NCBI RefSeq assembly: GCF_020745735.1
Contig: NC_083435.1
Coordinates: forward strand, 37,783,090-37,847,089
Length of the DNA stretch: 64,000 bases
Direction of reading: 5' to 3'
From: Hemiscyllium ocellatum
Taxonomy: Eukaryota
Within the stretch, counting starts at the first letter, position 1. Each line of letters begins with the position of its first letter. The translations under genes were made by a program, and so were the position numbers. Below the pieces are notes generated by a model that saw only the letters and a program-made list of their open reading frames with translations, did not search any database and was not told the origin of the DNA. Positions 12,861 to 24,299 of this stretch are shown here, one piece after another.

Positions 12861-13560
12861 GGTGGGGGAATCAGGGAGAGAGGGGCTGTGAGGGTGGGGA
12901 GTCAGGGAGTGAGGGGCTGTGAGTGTGGGGGGGTTAGAGAGTGAGGGGCTGCGAGGGTGGGGAAGTCAGGGAGTGAGGGGCTGAGAGGGTGGGGGTGTCG
13001 GAGAGTGTGGGGCTGTGAGGGTGGGGGAGTCAGGGAGTGAGGGGCTGTGAGGGTGGGGGAGTTTGGGAGTGAGGGTTTGTGAGTGTGGGGGGGGTTAGAG
13101 AGTGAGGGGCTGCGAGGGTGGGGAAGTCAGGGAGTGAGGGGCTGTGAGTGTGGGGGGTTAGAGAGTGTGGGGCTGTGGGGGTGAGGGAATCAGAGAGTGA
13201 GGGACTGTGAGGGTAGGGGAGTCAGGGAGAGAGGGGCTGTGAGGGTGGGGGAGTCAGAGAGTGAGGGGCTGTGAGGGTGGGGGAGGTAGAGAGTGAGGGG
13301 CTGTGAGGGTGGGGGAGTTAGGGAGTGAGGGCTGTGAGGATGGGGGAGGTAGGGAGTGAGGGTTGTGAGGGTGGGGGAGGTAGAGTGAGGGGCTATGAGG
13401 GTGGGGGAGTTAGGGACTGAGGGTTGTGAGGGTGGGGGAGGTAGAGAGTGAGAGGCTGTGAGGGTGGGGGAGTTAGGGAGTGAGGGTTGTGAGGGTGGGG
13501 GAGTTAGGGAGTGAGGGGCTGTGAGGGTGGGGGAGTCAGAGTGAGGGGGTGGGGAGTGAG
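12861..13560 (+). repeat. G-rich minisatellite, unit about 30-32 bp (gagtgaggggctgtgagggtgggggagtcagg), about 20 copies
   Basis: Direct tandem iteration is visible; strongly G-skewed. Confidence 0.95.
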
Positions 13561-14227
13561 GAACTGTCAGACTGGGAGAATGAAGAACTATGAGGATGGG
13601 GTGTCAGGGGTCGGGGTGAGGGTTGGGGTCCGGGTGCCAAGGGCTGTCTGTAAATAAAAAAAATGAGATCACGGACACATTCTGCCCTGGATTTTCTACA
13701 CCAGCTGGTGCCAGACTTCAGACCAACAGAATGATTGAGATTGAGGTTCCCTCCAGTACCAACCCAGAGCTGCTGACCAGCTTCTGCCAGGGCAGGCAGA
13801 CCAGGGACTCTCCAACTGGGCTGTTTATACTGGATTCATACTGGTCTTCATGGGTTTTACTGGACAGGTAGACACCTACTAAATACAGTCGGGGTCAGGA
13901 AACTGGGACGGTCTGAATTGAGCGGGAATACTTTATTCCAGTAATTTGTGCTTTTGTTAAAAATAAGATGCTGATCGGCTTCCTGTCACCTTCAATAGGA
14001 AAGGTGGGGAACATTTGGAGGCGCAGAAATTGAAATTGAGAAAGTTTATTTGCTGACAAAGGTTTGATGTTTTCTGTCTCTGTCTCTCAGATCATCATTC
14101 TCACCCCCTTCCTATCCAGAAGGTCACATCTCCAACCTCCCTGGTTATATTCCCTCCCCCCCGGACCCTCACCCTCCCGGTGACTGACCGTCCTGGGAAC
14201 TGGGGAGCAGACCTGGGTATCCCCTTC

Positions 14228-14290
14228 ATTGGGGAGTTTTATGGCGATAACCAATCAGCTCCCCTCTCCTTTTGTAGTTGGGAATCCGGA
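14228..14290 (+). promoter_or_regulatory. Candidate proximal promoter elements of the class I gene (ATTGG and CCAATCAG boxes, kB-like gggaatcc)
   Basis: ATTGG at 14228-14232, CCAATCAG at 14251-14258 and gggaatcc near 14280, about 150-200 bp upstream of the ATG. No canonical S-X-Y spacing demonstrated. Confidence 0.3.
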
Positions 14291-14427
14291 AATGAGTAGA
14301 TTTCAGCGTTCACAGGAAAATGGAGCCTCGATAAACTTGCTGTGTTGTGTTTTATTTCTCTTCAGTCCATAGGCACGAGTTGTCCCCCCCCCCCCCCCCC
14401 CCCAGAGCCTCCCATTCCCAGTCCCTG

Positions 14428-14500
14428 ATGGGATGCTGCACTCCCAGAATGTTGCTGATCCTTTTTCCCATCTTCTGGTGTTTCTCCCGGGTCTCTGCGG
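14428..14500 (+). CDS. MHC class I exon 1 (leader peptide)
   Basis: MGCCTPRMLLILFPIFWCFSRVSA+G, then donor gtgagt at 14501 (phase 1); alternative ATG at 14449; hydrophobic core and VSA cleavage motif. Confidence 0.85.
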
Positions 14501-15759
14501 GTGAGTACAGAATTCCGTTTTCCATTCTCACTTTCGCTTCTCCTCCTTGGGATTTTGTTTTTTTGAGGAATGGGATTGTCAGTGACTGTAGGAAACTGTG
14601 TGTCAAAATACTGCATTACCTTGTGGAGAGCTGGTCTCTGGGTCTAGACAGAACTACTCAGATATGTTTGTCTCTCCGTTGTTTTTTTTTGTCTCTGCTC
14701 GTGTTTTTATATCTGTGAGTCTGACCTTCCCCCACCCTCTTCCCGTGGATACAATGTTCTGGTGCTCAGAAGAAAGAGACACAGGGGAAACAAATTTGGG
14801 CAAGAGTCCAAAATTCAGACGAGCCATATATTCCTGGGGGCTGTCTGAAAGGAGGAGAGAGGGAGACTTAACATTCTGAATCCCCGTGGCAGAATTCAAA
14901 TTCATCACTAAGTGCTTCGAGGCTGGGTCTAACTCTCCAACAACCAGCATTGGAAACCTATTTTGCATCTGTGTTATCATTTCCGTTCAGTGAAAGATCC
15001 GCTAGCCAGAATTCAACCTCGCTTCCCAGTTGGTGTTTACACAAGTGAGCTATGTGGTGCTGTCAGATTGATGGCCGTGTATACAGAGCTCTGTGGGAGC
15101 TCCTGCTTTACCCTGGTCACCAGGCCATGCTTGAGTTTGGGTGTGTGGAGCCTGAGTTGTCCAGGAGGGTGACCGAGGGACAGAGGCTGGAGTGTAGAAG
15201 GATCACTGGGGTGGGGGATAACTGTGAATGGATGTGGAGCAGCAACTGCTCGGAGAGGTTTCACATTGCAGGGAGCTCACTAAAGAGCAAGGTGAATGTG
15301 TCCATGGTGGGGTGCTGGTATTAAATGGAGGGTTACACTGATTGAGCGGGTGCGGGGGTCAGTGAGCTGAACTGACTGGGCAGTTGGTTTGATATGCCTC
15401 AGCTTTGGTTCATTCCTGTAGCTGTTGTGGTTACCATGACAGTCCCACCTTCTCAATCTCACCCCTTGCCTGAGTCACGGTGACCCTCAGGTTAAACACA
15501 CCCCCAGTTGTTTCTCCCTGTTGAGAGGGGAGCCCTTTCCCCTTTATACCAGCCACTTTGGAGTAAAGGGTATTGTGAAAGTGCTGTGGGGAGGTGGACA
15601 TAGGGCAGGAGTTACAGAATCCTCGTTGAAAATGTTAATGATTTGGGGCTGGGGGGTGGGGGACGTGTGGAGCTGGAGAGAGAGAGAGATAGGGAGAGAA
15701 AATGAGAAAGGTGAAGGTAACTGAAGAGGTGTCTAAAGGTGAAGGAGCTGATGACTGGA

Positions 15760-16720
15760 ATCAATGATTATCAGTTGGAGTCATACCTGGCACATAGGAA
15801 GGTGGTTGTTGGAGATCAGTTATCTCAGCACCAGGAGTCCCTCGGGGTAGATTCCTTGGCCCAACCATCTGCTGCTTCATCAATGACCTTCCCTCTATCA
15901 TAGGTTCAGAAGTGTGCAATCATCATTGAACATCCTGATGTTTAATACCATTTGTGACTCCTCATATACTGAAGTAGTCCATGTTCAAATCCAGCAAGAT
16001 CTGAACAATATCCAGGCTTAGGCTGACAAATGGCAATTAACATTTGTGCCACACAAATGCCAGGCAATAACCGTTGCCAATAAGAGACAAATGCAATGGT
16101 GTTAACATTACTGAATCCCGAGTATCAACACCTTGGGAGTTACCATTGACCAGAAACTGAATTGGACACTCTATATAAATACAGGGGACTACGAGGGTAA
16201 GTCAGAGGTTAAGAATATTGTGACAGGGAACCCATCCCATGACATCCCAAAGCATAATCTTCAAGGCACAAGTCAGGAGAGTGATGGAATACTCATCACT
16301 TGCCTGGATGGGCGCTGCCTCAACAACGCTCAAGAAACCTGTCACCAACCAAGACAAAGCAGCCCACTTAATTGGCACCACATCCACTCCCTCCACCACC
16401 AATGCTCAGTAGCAGCAGTGTGTACCATGTGCAAGATGCACTGTGTAAATTTACCAATGATCCTTAGGCAGCACTTTCCAAATGCAGAATTACTTCCATC
16501 TGGAAGGACGAGGGCAGCAGACACATAGGAATAAGTTCCCCTCCAAGCCACTCACCATCCTGATTTGGAAATATATCGTTAGGTCAAAATCCTGGAACCC
16601 TACCCAACACACTCTGGGTCTAACTACAGCGCATGGACTGCAGCTCAGCACCCACTTCTCAAGGGCAACTGGGGGCAGGCCACAAACTGTTAGTGATGCC
16701 CACATCCCATGAGCGAATTT
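15760..16720 (+). mobile_element. Decayed non-LTR retroelement RT/3' fragment (CR1/L2 superfamily) in intron 1
   Basis: LGPTICCFINDLPSII-like and DKWQLTFVPHKCQA-like RT segments with stops. Confidence 0.65.
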
Positions 16721-16759
16721 TAAACAAAACACAATGCAGTGTGATGGGAACAGTGAAGT

Positions 16760-17770
16760 CACATGGGGTCGAAGGTGTGCGACAAGCTAAATGGATGGAG
16801 AACTGGCTGGACAGCAAGAGACAGAGAGTAGTAGTGGAAGGGAGTTTCTCAACATGGAGACCACTGGTGTCCCACAGGGATCTGTGCTCGGGCCACTGTT
16901 GTTTATGATATACAGAAACGATCTGGAGGAAGGTATCAGTAATCTGATTAGCAAGTTTGCAGATCACACAAAGATGGGTGGCGTAGCAGATAGTGAAGGG
17001 GAAAATGCAGCAGACTATAGGTAAATTGGAGAGTTCGACAGAGAAACAGCAGATGGAGTTCAATCTGGGCAAATGCGAGGTGATGCATTTTGGAAGATCC
17101 AATTTAAGAGCAAACTATACAATAAATGTAAAGGTCCTGGAGAAAATTGATGTACAGAGAGATCTGGGTGTTCAGGTCCATTGTACCCTGAAGTGACAAC
17201 ACAGGTCATTAGAGCAGTCAATAAGATATATAGCATGCTTACCTTCATCGGAAGGGGTATAGAGTACAAGGGTTGGCAGGTCATGTTTACGGTTGTATAA
17301 GACTTTGGCCCAGCCACATTTGGAATTCTGTGTACAGTTCTGGTCGCCAAATTATCAAAAAGATGTAGGTGTTTTGAAGAGGGTGCAAGCGAGGAAGAAA
17401 GGCTGAGTGGGGACCTGACTGAGATCTACAAAACCATGAGAGGTGTAGACAGGGTGGATAGCAAGAGGGCAACTTTTCCCAGAGTGGGGGATTCACTTAC
17501 TAGGGGTCACAAGTTCAAGCAGAGTGGGGAAAGGTTTAAGGGAGATATGCGTGGAAAGTTCTTTATGCAGAGGGTGGTGGGGGGTTTGGAACACATTGCC
17601 AGCAGAGATGGATACGATAGCAACATTTAAAATGTATCTAGATAGATACATGAATGGGCAGGGAGCAGAAGGATACAGATCCCTGGAAACTAGGCGGCAG
17701 GTTTAGATAGAGGATCTGGATCAGTGCAGGCTCGGTGGGCCGAAGGGCTTGTCCCTGTGCTGTAATTTTC
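16760..17770 (+). mobile_element. 5'-truncated CR1 LINE in intron 1
   Basis: QGSVLGPLLF, SKFADHTK, QMEFNLGKCEVMHFG; CR1 tail near 17735-17770. Confidence 0.9.
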
Positions 17771-18759
17771 TTTGTTCAGTCTGGCTTGGGCAGACCTAGT
17801 AACCAGTAACTGCCATCACCTTGCCTATTTGCACATACCCCGATGGCCATTTTGAGAATTGGCCACATGCTCCAAAATTGGAACTATCATCCATCATGTC
17901 AACAATGGTTGAGCTTGTTGTGTTGTTCAGTTATTGAACAATGGGAAATTTAGAAAAGTAATCAATCACAAGGCTGTCCTCTTCCTTGATACATGAGTAA
18001 GTCCTCTACTTTCATCTGAGGACAGGATGGATCGTTATGCGGATTTAGAGGCTTCTTCTGCTATTAAAGTTGATAGTTTTTTTGGAATACTTCACATGCA
18101 TCCACAAGTACTGAATTTCCTGATTCCATTCCTGGCCAATGCAGAGGTGCATGTGCTAGCTCTTTTGGACATTCACTCAGCGTTCACTCTAAGCTGCGTA
18201 ACTGTGCCATACACAGCTGCTCTGATCTTCCATGATGATTGTTGGCACACCAATCATGGCATTGGTCTCTGGTTCCAGACGTTGCTGCTACGCGTGGGTC
18301 GTGGGCAATACGGGGTAATTTAGCACGGCCAGTGCACATCTTTGCACTGTGGGAGGAAACCCACACAGGCACTGGGAGAATGTGCAAACTCCACCCAGAC
18401 AGTCATCTAAGGATGTGATTGAACACCGGTCCCTGGTGGGCTATGTGCTAACCACTGAGCCACCATGCTAACTTGTCATGACAGAGGTATGGCTGCACAT
18501 TTCTGAAGGAGCCTAAGAACCTTCTGCCAGAAATGCAGAGGTCTTTCTATATGTAAAAAAACAAGAGAATGGAGTGTGTTACTATCTGGGTGTTATAATC
18601 AGAAACTCCACTGACTGCAGTACTGTTTGTAGCTGCTTTTTGAGACAGTGGATTTGACAGTTTGAGTGACTCCTGTCATTGATTATAGGGTTTTTGGGAA
18701 TGGGCTTTGCTTGACTGAGTACACAAACCTGACCCTTTCACTTTTGTTTAAATCTACAG

Positions 18760-19020
18760 ACAGCAAAATTTACACTGCAGCCTTTATGGCTGTCTCTGGC
18801 ACAACTGACCTGCCTGAATACTTTGGTGCAACAATGATCAATGGAGTTCCTGTGACCTATTATGACAGTGACACCCGTCAGACAGTCTCCTTGCAGCAGT
18901 GGATGACAGATGCGTACGATGCTAATTACTGGAAAATTCTCACAAAGCAAGGGAACGAACATTCTGCCAAGGCAAGGGAGAACCTGAGGACGGTCATGAA
19001 AAGTGCAAACCAAACGTCTG
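18760..19020 (+). CDS. MHC class I exon 2 (alpha1 domain, 87 aa)
   Basis: Acceptor tctacag/, donor /gtaaga, 261 nt, phase 1-1. DSKIYTAAFMAVSG...YYDSD...QQWM...NYW...NQTS has the class I alpha1 pattern including the N86 sequon. Confidence 0.95.
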
Positions 19021-20803
19021 GTAAGATTACTGATACAGATTCCCCCCACTAGCTGCCCTGTCTAGAGCAGATCGGGATACAACCACAGTTAGACTGCAAT
19101 AGGTGAGACTGAGACATACACGAGTTGGGACACTCTGACCACAACTGTATGAGACAGCTGTGGAGTGGCTACCTAGTGGCCAATAGGCAGCAAATCCTGC
19201 ACTGATGCACACTATCATATGGGATCAGCTTCTGCACAGCAGTGAAGCTGCGATCAGAAATATATAAAACAATGATACCCATCTGGCAATCAGGGTCCTG
19301 TGTTTGTTGTTACAAACCACCTCTTCGTGTTGTTCTGTCCCATAAATGGACTCCTTATGCAACTGCCCGTGTGAATAATGGGCTTATTTTACTACTTTGT
19401 CTCATTGCGTTTGCCGTGGCTGTTATTGTTGTCATTTCCCACTCCTTGGCCTCTGTCCCTGTTTCCTTCAGATCTACCATTATCATCACCCTCCTGTAAA
19501 AGAGAAAAAGCTAGATACCTGTCCTGTTGCTGCTTAATCTCCAACCTCTCTTTCCTCTCCAGGAGCTTTAAATATGTGGTCATCTCCCGAAAGCATGTTC
19601 ATCTTCACAGGAACCTTATATCTGCATCCCACCGATCAGCTTTCCATTCCCGGAACAGCTCTTATCCCTTCACTTTCTTTGACCGCGTTGAAAAATCACT
19701 TTCCCTTTTCACCTTTTCTCAACCTGTCTGCAGCCATAGTGTCATACAGCACAGAAACAGACCCTTCGGTCCAACCTGTCCATGCTGACCAGATTTCTCA
19801 AACTAATTAAGTCCCCTCTGCCTGTCCTTGACCCATATCTTTATGAACCTTTCCTATTCCTGTATCTATCCAAATATTTTTTGAATGTTCTAACTGCACC
19901 TACATGAAAGATCTCTCTTTTCTTTCTTGTCAGCTATCATTACCAGATTACAATAATGTTTTCTTCTCAATGTCCACAGATATTTATTGTATCACCTGAC
20001 GGTGGTAAGTTTCCCCGTTTTCCTGCTTTCTCAGGTGGTTATTCCCTTGAGAAATTCTTCCTCATTCCTCCAGTAGCTCTTTCCTCGTTACTCGAGTGTA
20101 AGGTGTTAGTGAAGTACAACTTGCATAAAAATTCTGTTCAAAATGGAGCTGTCAGTGGACAGACAAAACGCCAAGGAACAAATCAGCTCATACCAACTTG
20201 ACCACAAAGGCTTACAAATATTCCTTGCCTGGGAAACAAGGGCCATTCCCAGTTGTCCATAGCATTCCCCTCGAGCCTCGAGACCATCGGCTGGTTGGAA
20301 CTTCACTTACCTGGATCCAGTCCTTTCTATCTAAAGCAATCTGAGAATCAGTATTAATGACGTTTCTCCCTGTTCCCTTAGTGTTACTTCTGGTATCTGC
20401 CTTGAATCTATTCTTGGTCCCTTCCCACTTCTCACTCTGCCCATTGGTAACATCATTGCAGAGCGCAGCACTTAGTGCACTGACATGTGCCTGAGCAATA
20501 CCCAGGCCTACCTCTGGATTCTGTGTAAGGAGAGTTGGAAACAAACTGGGGAGTTTAATAATGGGAAACAAGGAAATGGCAATGACTTTGGACAAATGTC
20601 GTAAACTTCAAAACAGAAGACACCGAATCTTAAACTAAACATTGTCACTACAGGGAAAAGACATAAGATAAACTAATGAGTCCAAAGGTTGCATCCCTAG
20701 GTTCTTAAATAGTTGCAGAGATGGTGGGTACATTGGTTGTAATTGCTAGTGCACTAGTTAATTAAATCTAAGCTGGGCTGATTTAGACAGATTTTTGATC
20801 TAC

Positions 20804-21512
20804 TGTTCTGAAGATGTGGGTGTACCTTTAAAAGAGTGAAGGACTTGGCAAGCATATCGAGTGCTGGAGAATTTACAAAGTAACATTTGATTAAGAACAA
20901 ACAGCACTCACTGAGTTGCCCGGAAACGACAAAAAAACAGAGTCACCTTAGGCCAACCAGTTTAAGTTATACCCGAAACAAAAATCAAACTACAATCCCA
21001 TTTGCCTTGAGTACATTGACAATATTAGAAGCCAATGGCAATCCGATGCTTTGAGGGTATAAGACTGGGGAAAATTGAACAGTTGAGAGGGGAACTGCCA
21101 AGTCCTAGCATGTAACAGACTGTTTGAAAAAATATCTCTCTTAAAAGTACCTTTTTGATCAGTAACCTGTGACGCAGAAATTCCTAACAAGGAGAAAAGA
21201 GGACACAGGAAGATCTGAAGGCAAGAACTTACAGCTACCTGGTTTTGAGATAAGAAGTGTTGTTTTGTAAATCTTAATTAGGAATTTTATCAGACTAGTA
21301 TTATAAAAGGAGCAGTAAAAGATAGGTTAGAGAAATAAATTGTAAGTAGTGGTTGGTTAATTATTCTTTGTTATACTTTGAGAAATAAAGTTGTTAAGTT
21401 TTACTTTACATAGTTCTTGGCCACTCGAATTTTTACAGATTACTGCATGGGATAAATCTTTTCTGGGTTCCTGGTTTTAAATTAAGCAGGGGAGTTTACC
21501 CGTGTCAGAACA
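20804..21512 (+). mobile_element. Solo LTR (709 bp) in intron 2
   Basis: TGTT...AACA termini; 4-bp TSD CTAC at 20800-20803 and 21513-21516; TATA-like gggtataa and AATAAA; related to 48317-49033. Confidence 0.8.
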
Positions 21513-21812
21513 CTACAAATGAGTGATGGGTTGTCAGTGGCAAGAAACAAAGTGGAGTTAAGACCACAATCAAGTCGGCAATGAAGAACAGAGCAGACTC
21601 AATGTTAAATGACTTGGTCCTATGTCTTATTATGGGTTTACATGACAAGGAATCGATTCATGTGAAACTGATCCCACTGAGAGATCTTGTTACTGTAACA
21701 GAACCCTCCAAGTAATCCATCAGGGTAACACTCAGCTAGCAGGGTGATGTCTGATTTTAAAGGAACTTTTCAGCGAACAATTAATTTGTGTTTCTCATTT
21801 TATCTTTGGCAG

Positions 21813-22088
21813 GAGTGCATATTTTGCAATTCATAAGGACTGTTGTGATCACTGCTGATGGCTCTATTAAGAGATCGATGAATGTTGGGTTTGATGGAAA
21901 GGACTTTATCAGTTTAGAGCCGGACAGAATGAGATGGGTCGCAGCAAATCACTTTGCAGTGAAGATCAAGGAGAACTGGGATTCGGATAAAGCGTGGAAC
22001 AGGCATTGGAAATGGCATTTGGAAGAGGAACTTGTTGAGCGTTTAAAATCACGTTTACACTTCGGAAAACAATACTTTGAAAGGAAAG
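21813..22088 (+). CDS. MHC class I exon 3 (alpha2 domain, 92 aa, no cysteines)
   Basis: Acceptor tttggcag/, donor /gtatgt, 276 nt, phase 1-1; GVHILQ...GFDGKDFISL...WVAAN...KENWD...LEEELVERLK...GKQYFERK. Confidence 0.95.
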
Positions 22089-22204
22089 GTATGTGTTTCT
22101 GTTTTGCTCCATGTTCTGATCTAACCTCACTGATCTATGAAACCGTTCTCCCATTCCATTCAGTGTCTGTCTGTTGTTTGTGTTTTCACCCTTTCCCATC
22201 ACAG

Positions 22205-22483
22205 TTCAGCCTGAAGTGTTCATCTCCAGGAGGGAGCCCAATGGTCAGGACAAGCCGCTCACTCTCTCCTGCCTGGTCACTGGGTTTTATCCTGCAGACA
22301 TCGAGGTGACCTGGCTAAGGAATGGAGAGGTCATGTCTGAGACCCAATCCTCGGGGGTTCGACCGAACCACGATGGGACCCATCAGATCCAGAAAGAGAT
22401 TGAGATCAATGCTGGGGATGAGGATCAATACTCCTGTCAAATTGAACACAGCAGCCTGGCAGAGGGCAAGCTCTATCAGTGGG
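22205..22483 (+). CDS. MHC class I exon 4 (alpha3 Ig-C1 domain, 93 aa)
   Basis: Acceptor cccatcacag/, donor /gtaagg, 279 nt, phase 1-1; LSCLVTGFYP, VTWLRNG, RPNHDGTHQ, YSCQIEHSSL. Confidence 0.97.
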
Positions 22484-22493
22484 GTAAGGGACT

Positions 22494-22494
<1 letters not shown>

Positions 22495-22529
<35 letters not shown>

Positions 22530-22549
22530 TGTCTGTCTGTCTGTCTGTC
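22495..22549 (+). repeat. Compound (GT)n(CTGT)n microsatellite at the start of intron 4
   Basis: Directly visible. Confidence 0.95.
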
Positions 22550-23289
22550 TTTTGAATCCTTTCCACCATTCAACAAGATTATGGATGATTTTCCCCACAA
22601 TTTAATTGAAAATCCTAAAACTTTAAAGTACACTATGAATTCTACTCTGTTATTCGACATGACCATGGCTAGTCATTGTCCTCCAATCCTCTTGACTCTC
22701 TGCTTCCCAGATGCCCTGATTCCTTGAGAAACCAAAGACCTCCCAATCCCAGTCTTAAGGATACTTAGAAAGTCTGACTTGATGGATCATTTTCTTGACA
22801 TTTTTATTATTTATGTTGCTGACGGACACTGAAACATATTCACAAGAACCTACAGTGACTCTTCAAACACAGGGCACGGGTTAGTTACACAAAAGGAAAC
22901 AACGCAGGACAGTTAGAACGACATTAACACAAACAGAAAAACAAAGTTTCATTGTGTTTATTCTTTTTAAAGATGCTCAATTCCAAAGAAATTCCACTGT
23001 CAGCTTTACACTTGAGTTTTTGAGTTCACAAATCCACCCAAATTCTGTTTGATTAGTTGATCCATACCCAAGTGTCTGTCCCACTATCGCTGGACATTTG
23101 TGGGAGCCTTTTCTTTGAGCTGGGTTCTCTCACTTATTTCATCTCTTCACTATGGTGGGTTCACTGCAGTAAATTAGCACCAATTCCTGGAGTTAGATTG
23201 GACCAAGTGCTTTTTTTTTTAAGTGTCGGCACTGTTTCTCTGTCTTTTTCTTCATTATCAGCTCAGCCCAGTTTCCCACAGTCAGTTCA

Positions 23290-23600
23290 GATTAGATTCC
23301 CTACAGTGTGGAAATAAGCCCTTCGGCCCAACCAGTCCACACCGACCCTCCGAAGGGTAACCCACCCAGTCCCATTTCCCTCTGACTAATGCACCTAACA
23401 CTACAGGCAATTTAGTCATGACCGATTCACCCGACTTGCACATCTTTGGACTGTGGGAGGAAACCAGAGCACCCAGAGGAAACCCACACAGACACGGGGA
23501 GAATGTGCAAACTCCACACAGACGGTCACCCAAGGCTGAGAATTGAACCTGGGACCCTGGTGCTGTGAGGCAGCAGTGCTAACCACTGAGCCACCGTGCC
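23290..23600 (-). mobile_element. tRNA-derived SINE in intron 4
   Basis: Reverse-strand ggcacggtggctcagtggttagcactgctgcc head and B box gggttcaattc. Confidence 0.9.
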
Positions 23601-23960
23601 GCTCTGTTTATTCCTCATCCCTTTGAAGTTTGATATGAAAACCATCAGTGATGCTGCCTCCTGGGCTGTCCAATGTAGCTCTGGGGATTGAACAAGGACA
23701 GAGCACAGACACCAGGGAGAATGGGAACAGGGTAACCCCCTAGGTTTGGAATAACGTGATGTTTATATCCCCATCAATGGGATCTTTTGTGACTTCACTG
23801 TACAGGGAAATCAGATAAGGGTCAAAGCAGCATTTCAATCAATCTAAACAATTCCCAAGGAGTGGGATCGGTTAAAATGGTCCCCAATCAACAAAAAATT
23901 GGGAATGGGTCCAGGAACAAAAATAATACTGGTGTTATTCAAATGTGTTTCAAATTCTAG

Positions 23961-24068
23961 AAGAAAACGGAGAGTGGTCCCACCTTTCCATAATACTTAT
24001 TATTACTGGATCAGTCGCTGGACTGGCGGTTATATTCGGGATAATCAGCTGGAGACGGTCATACAGAG
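23961..24068 (+). CDS. MHC class I exon 5 (connecting peptide, TM, stop-transfer)
   Basis: Acceptor caaattctag/, donor /gtaaga, 108 nt, phase 1-1; EENGEWSHLSIILIITGSVAGLAVIFGIISWRRSYR. Confidence 0.9.
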
Positions 24069-24078
24069 GTAAGACTCA

Positions 24079-24226
24079 GAGAGAGGGGAATGGGGAATGA
24101 GGGGACAGGGGGAGTCTGGGGGAATCTCCTGTACTGGGAGTACAGGGCGCTGAGAGGGGAGAGTGAGAGAGAGGGGAATGGGGAATGAGGGGACAGGGTG
24201 AGTCTGGGGGAATCTCCTGTACTGGA
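24079..24226 (+). repeat. Purine-rich 88-bp tandem duplication just after the TM exon
   Basis: gagagaggggaatggggaatgaggggacagg...atctcctgtactgg repeated with an offset of 88. Confidence 0.85.
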
Positions 24227-24299
24227 CATTGAGAAAGAGGAAGGTAGAACTGAGGGAATAATGAGTGAATTGGCCATGTTTAGTATGGTAATGTGGAAT

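Noticed and set aside
23057-23317. Hydrophobic ORF as the TM exon
   Set aside because: Phase-1 entry hits a stop; 23961-24068 has proper sites, phase and a stop-transfer motif.
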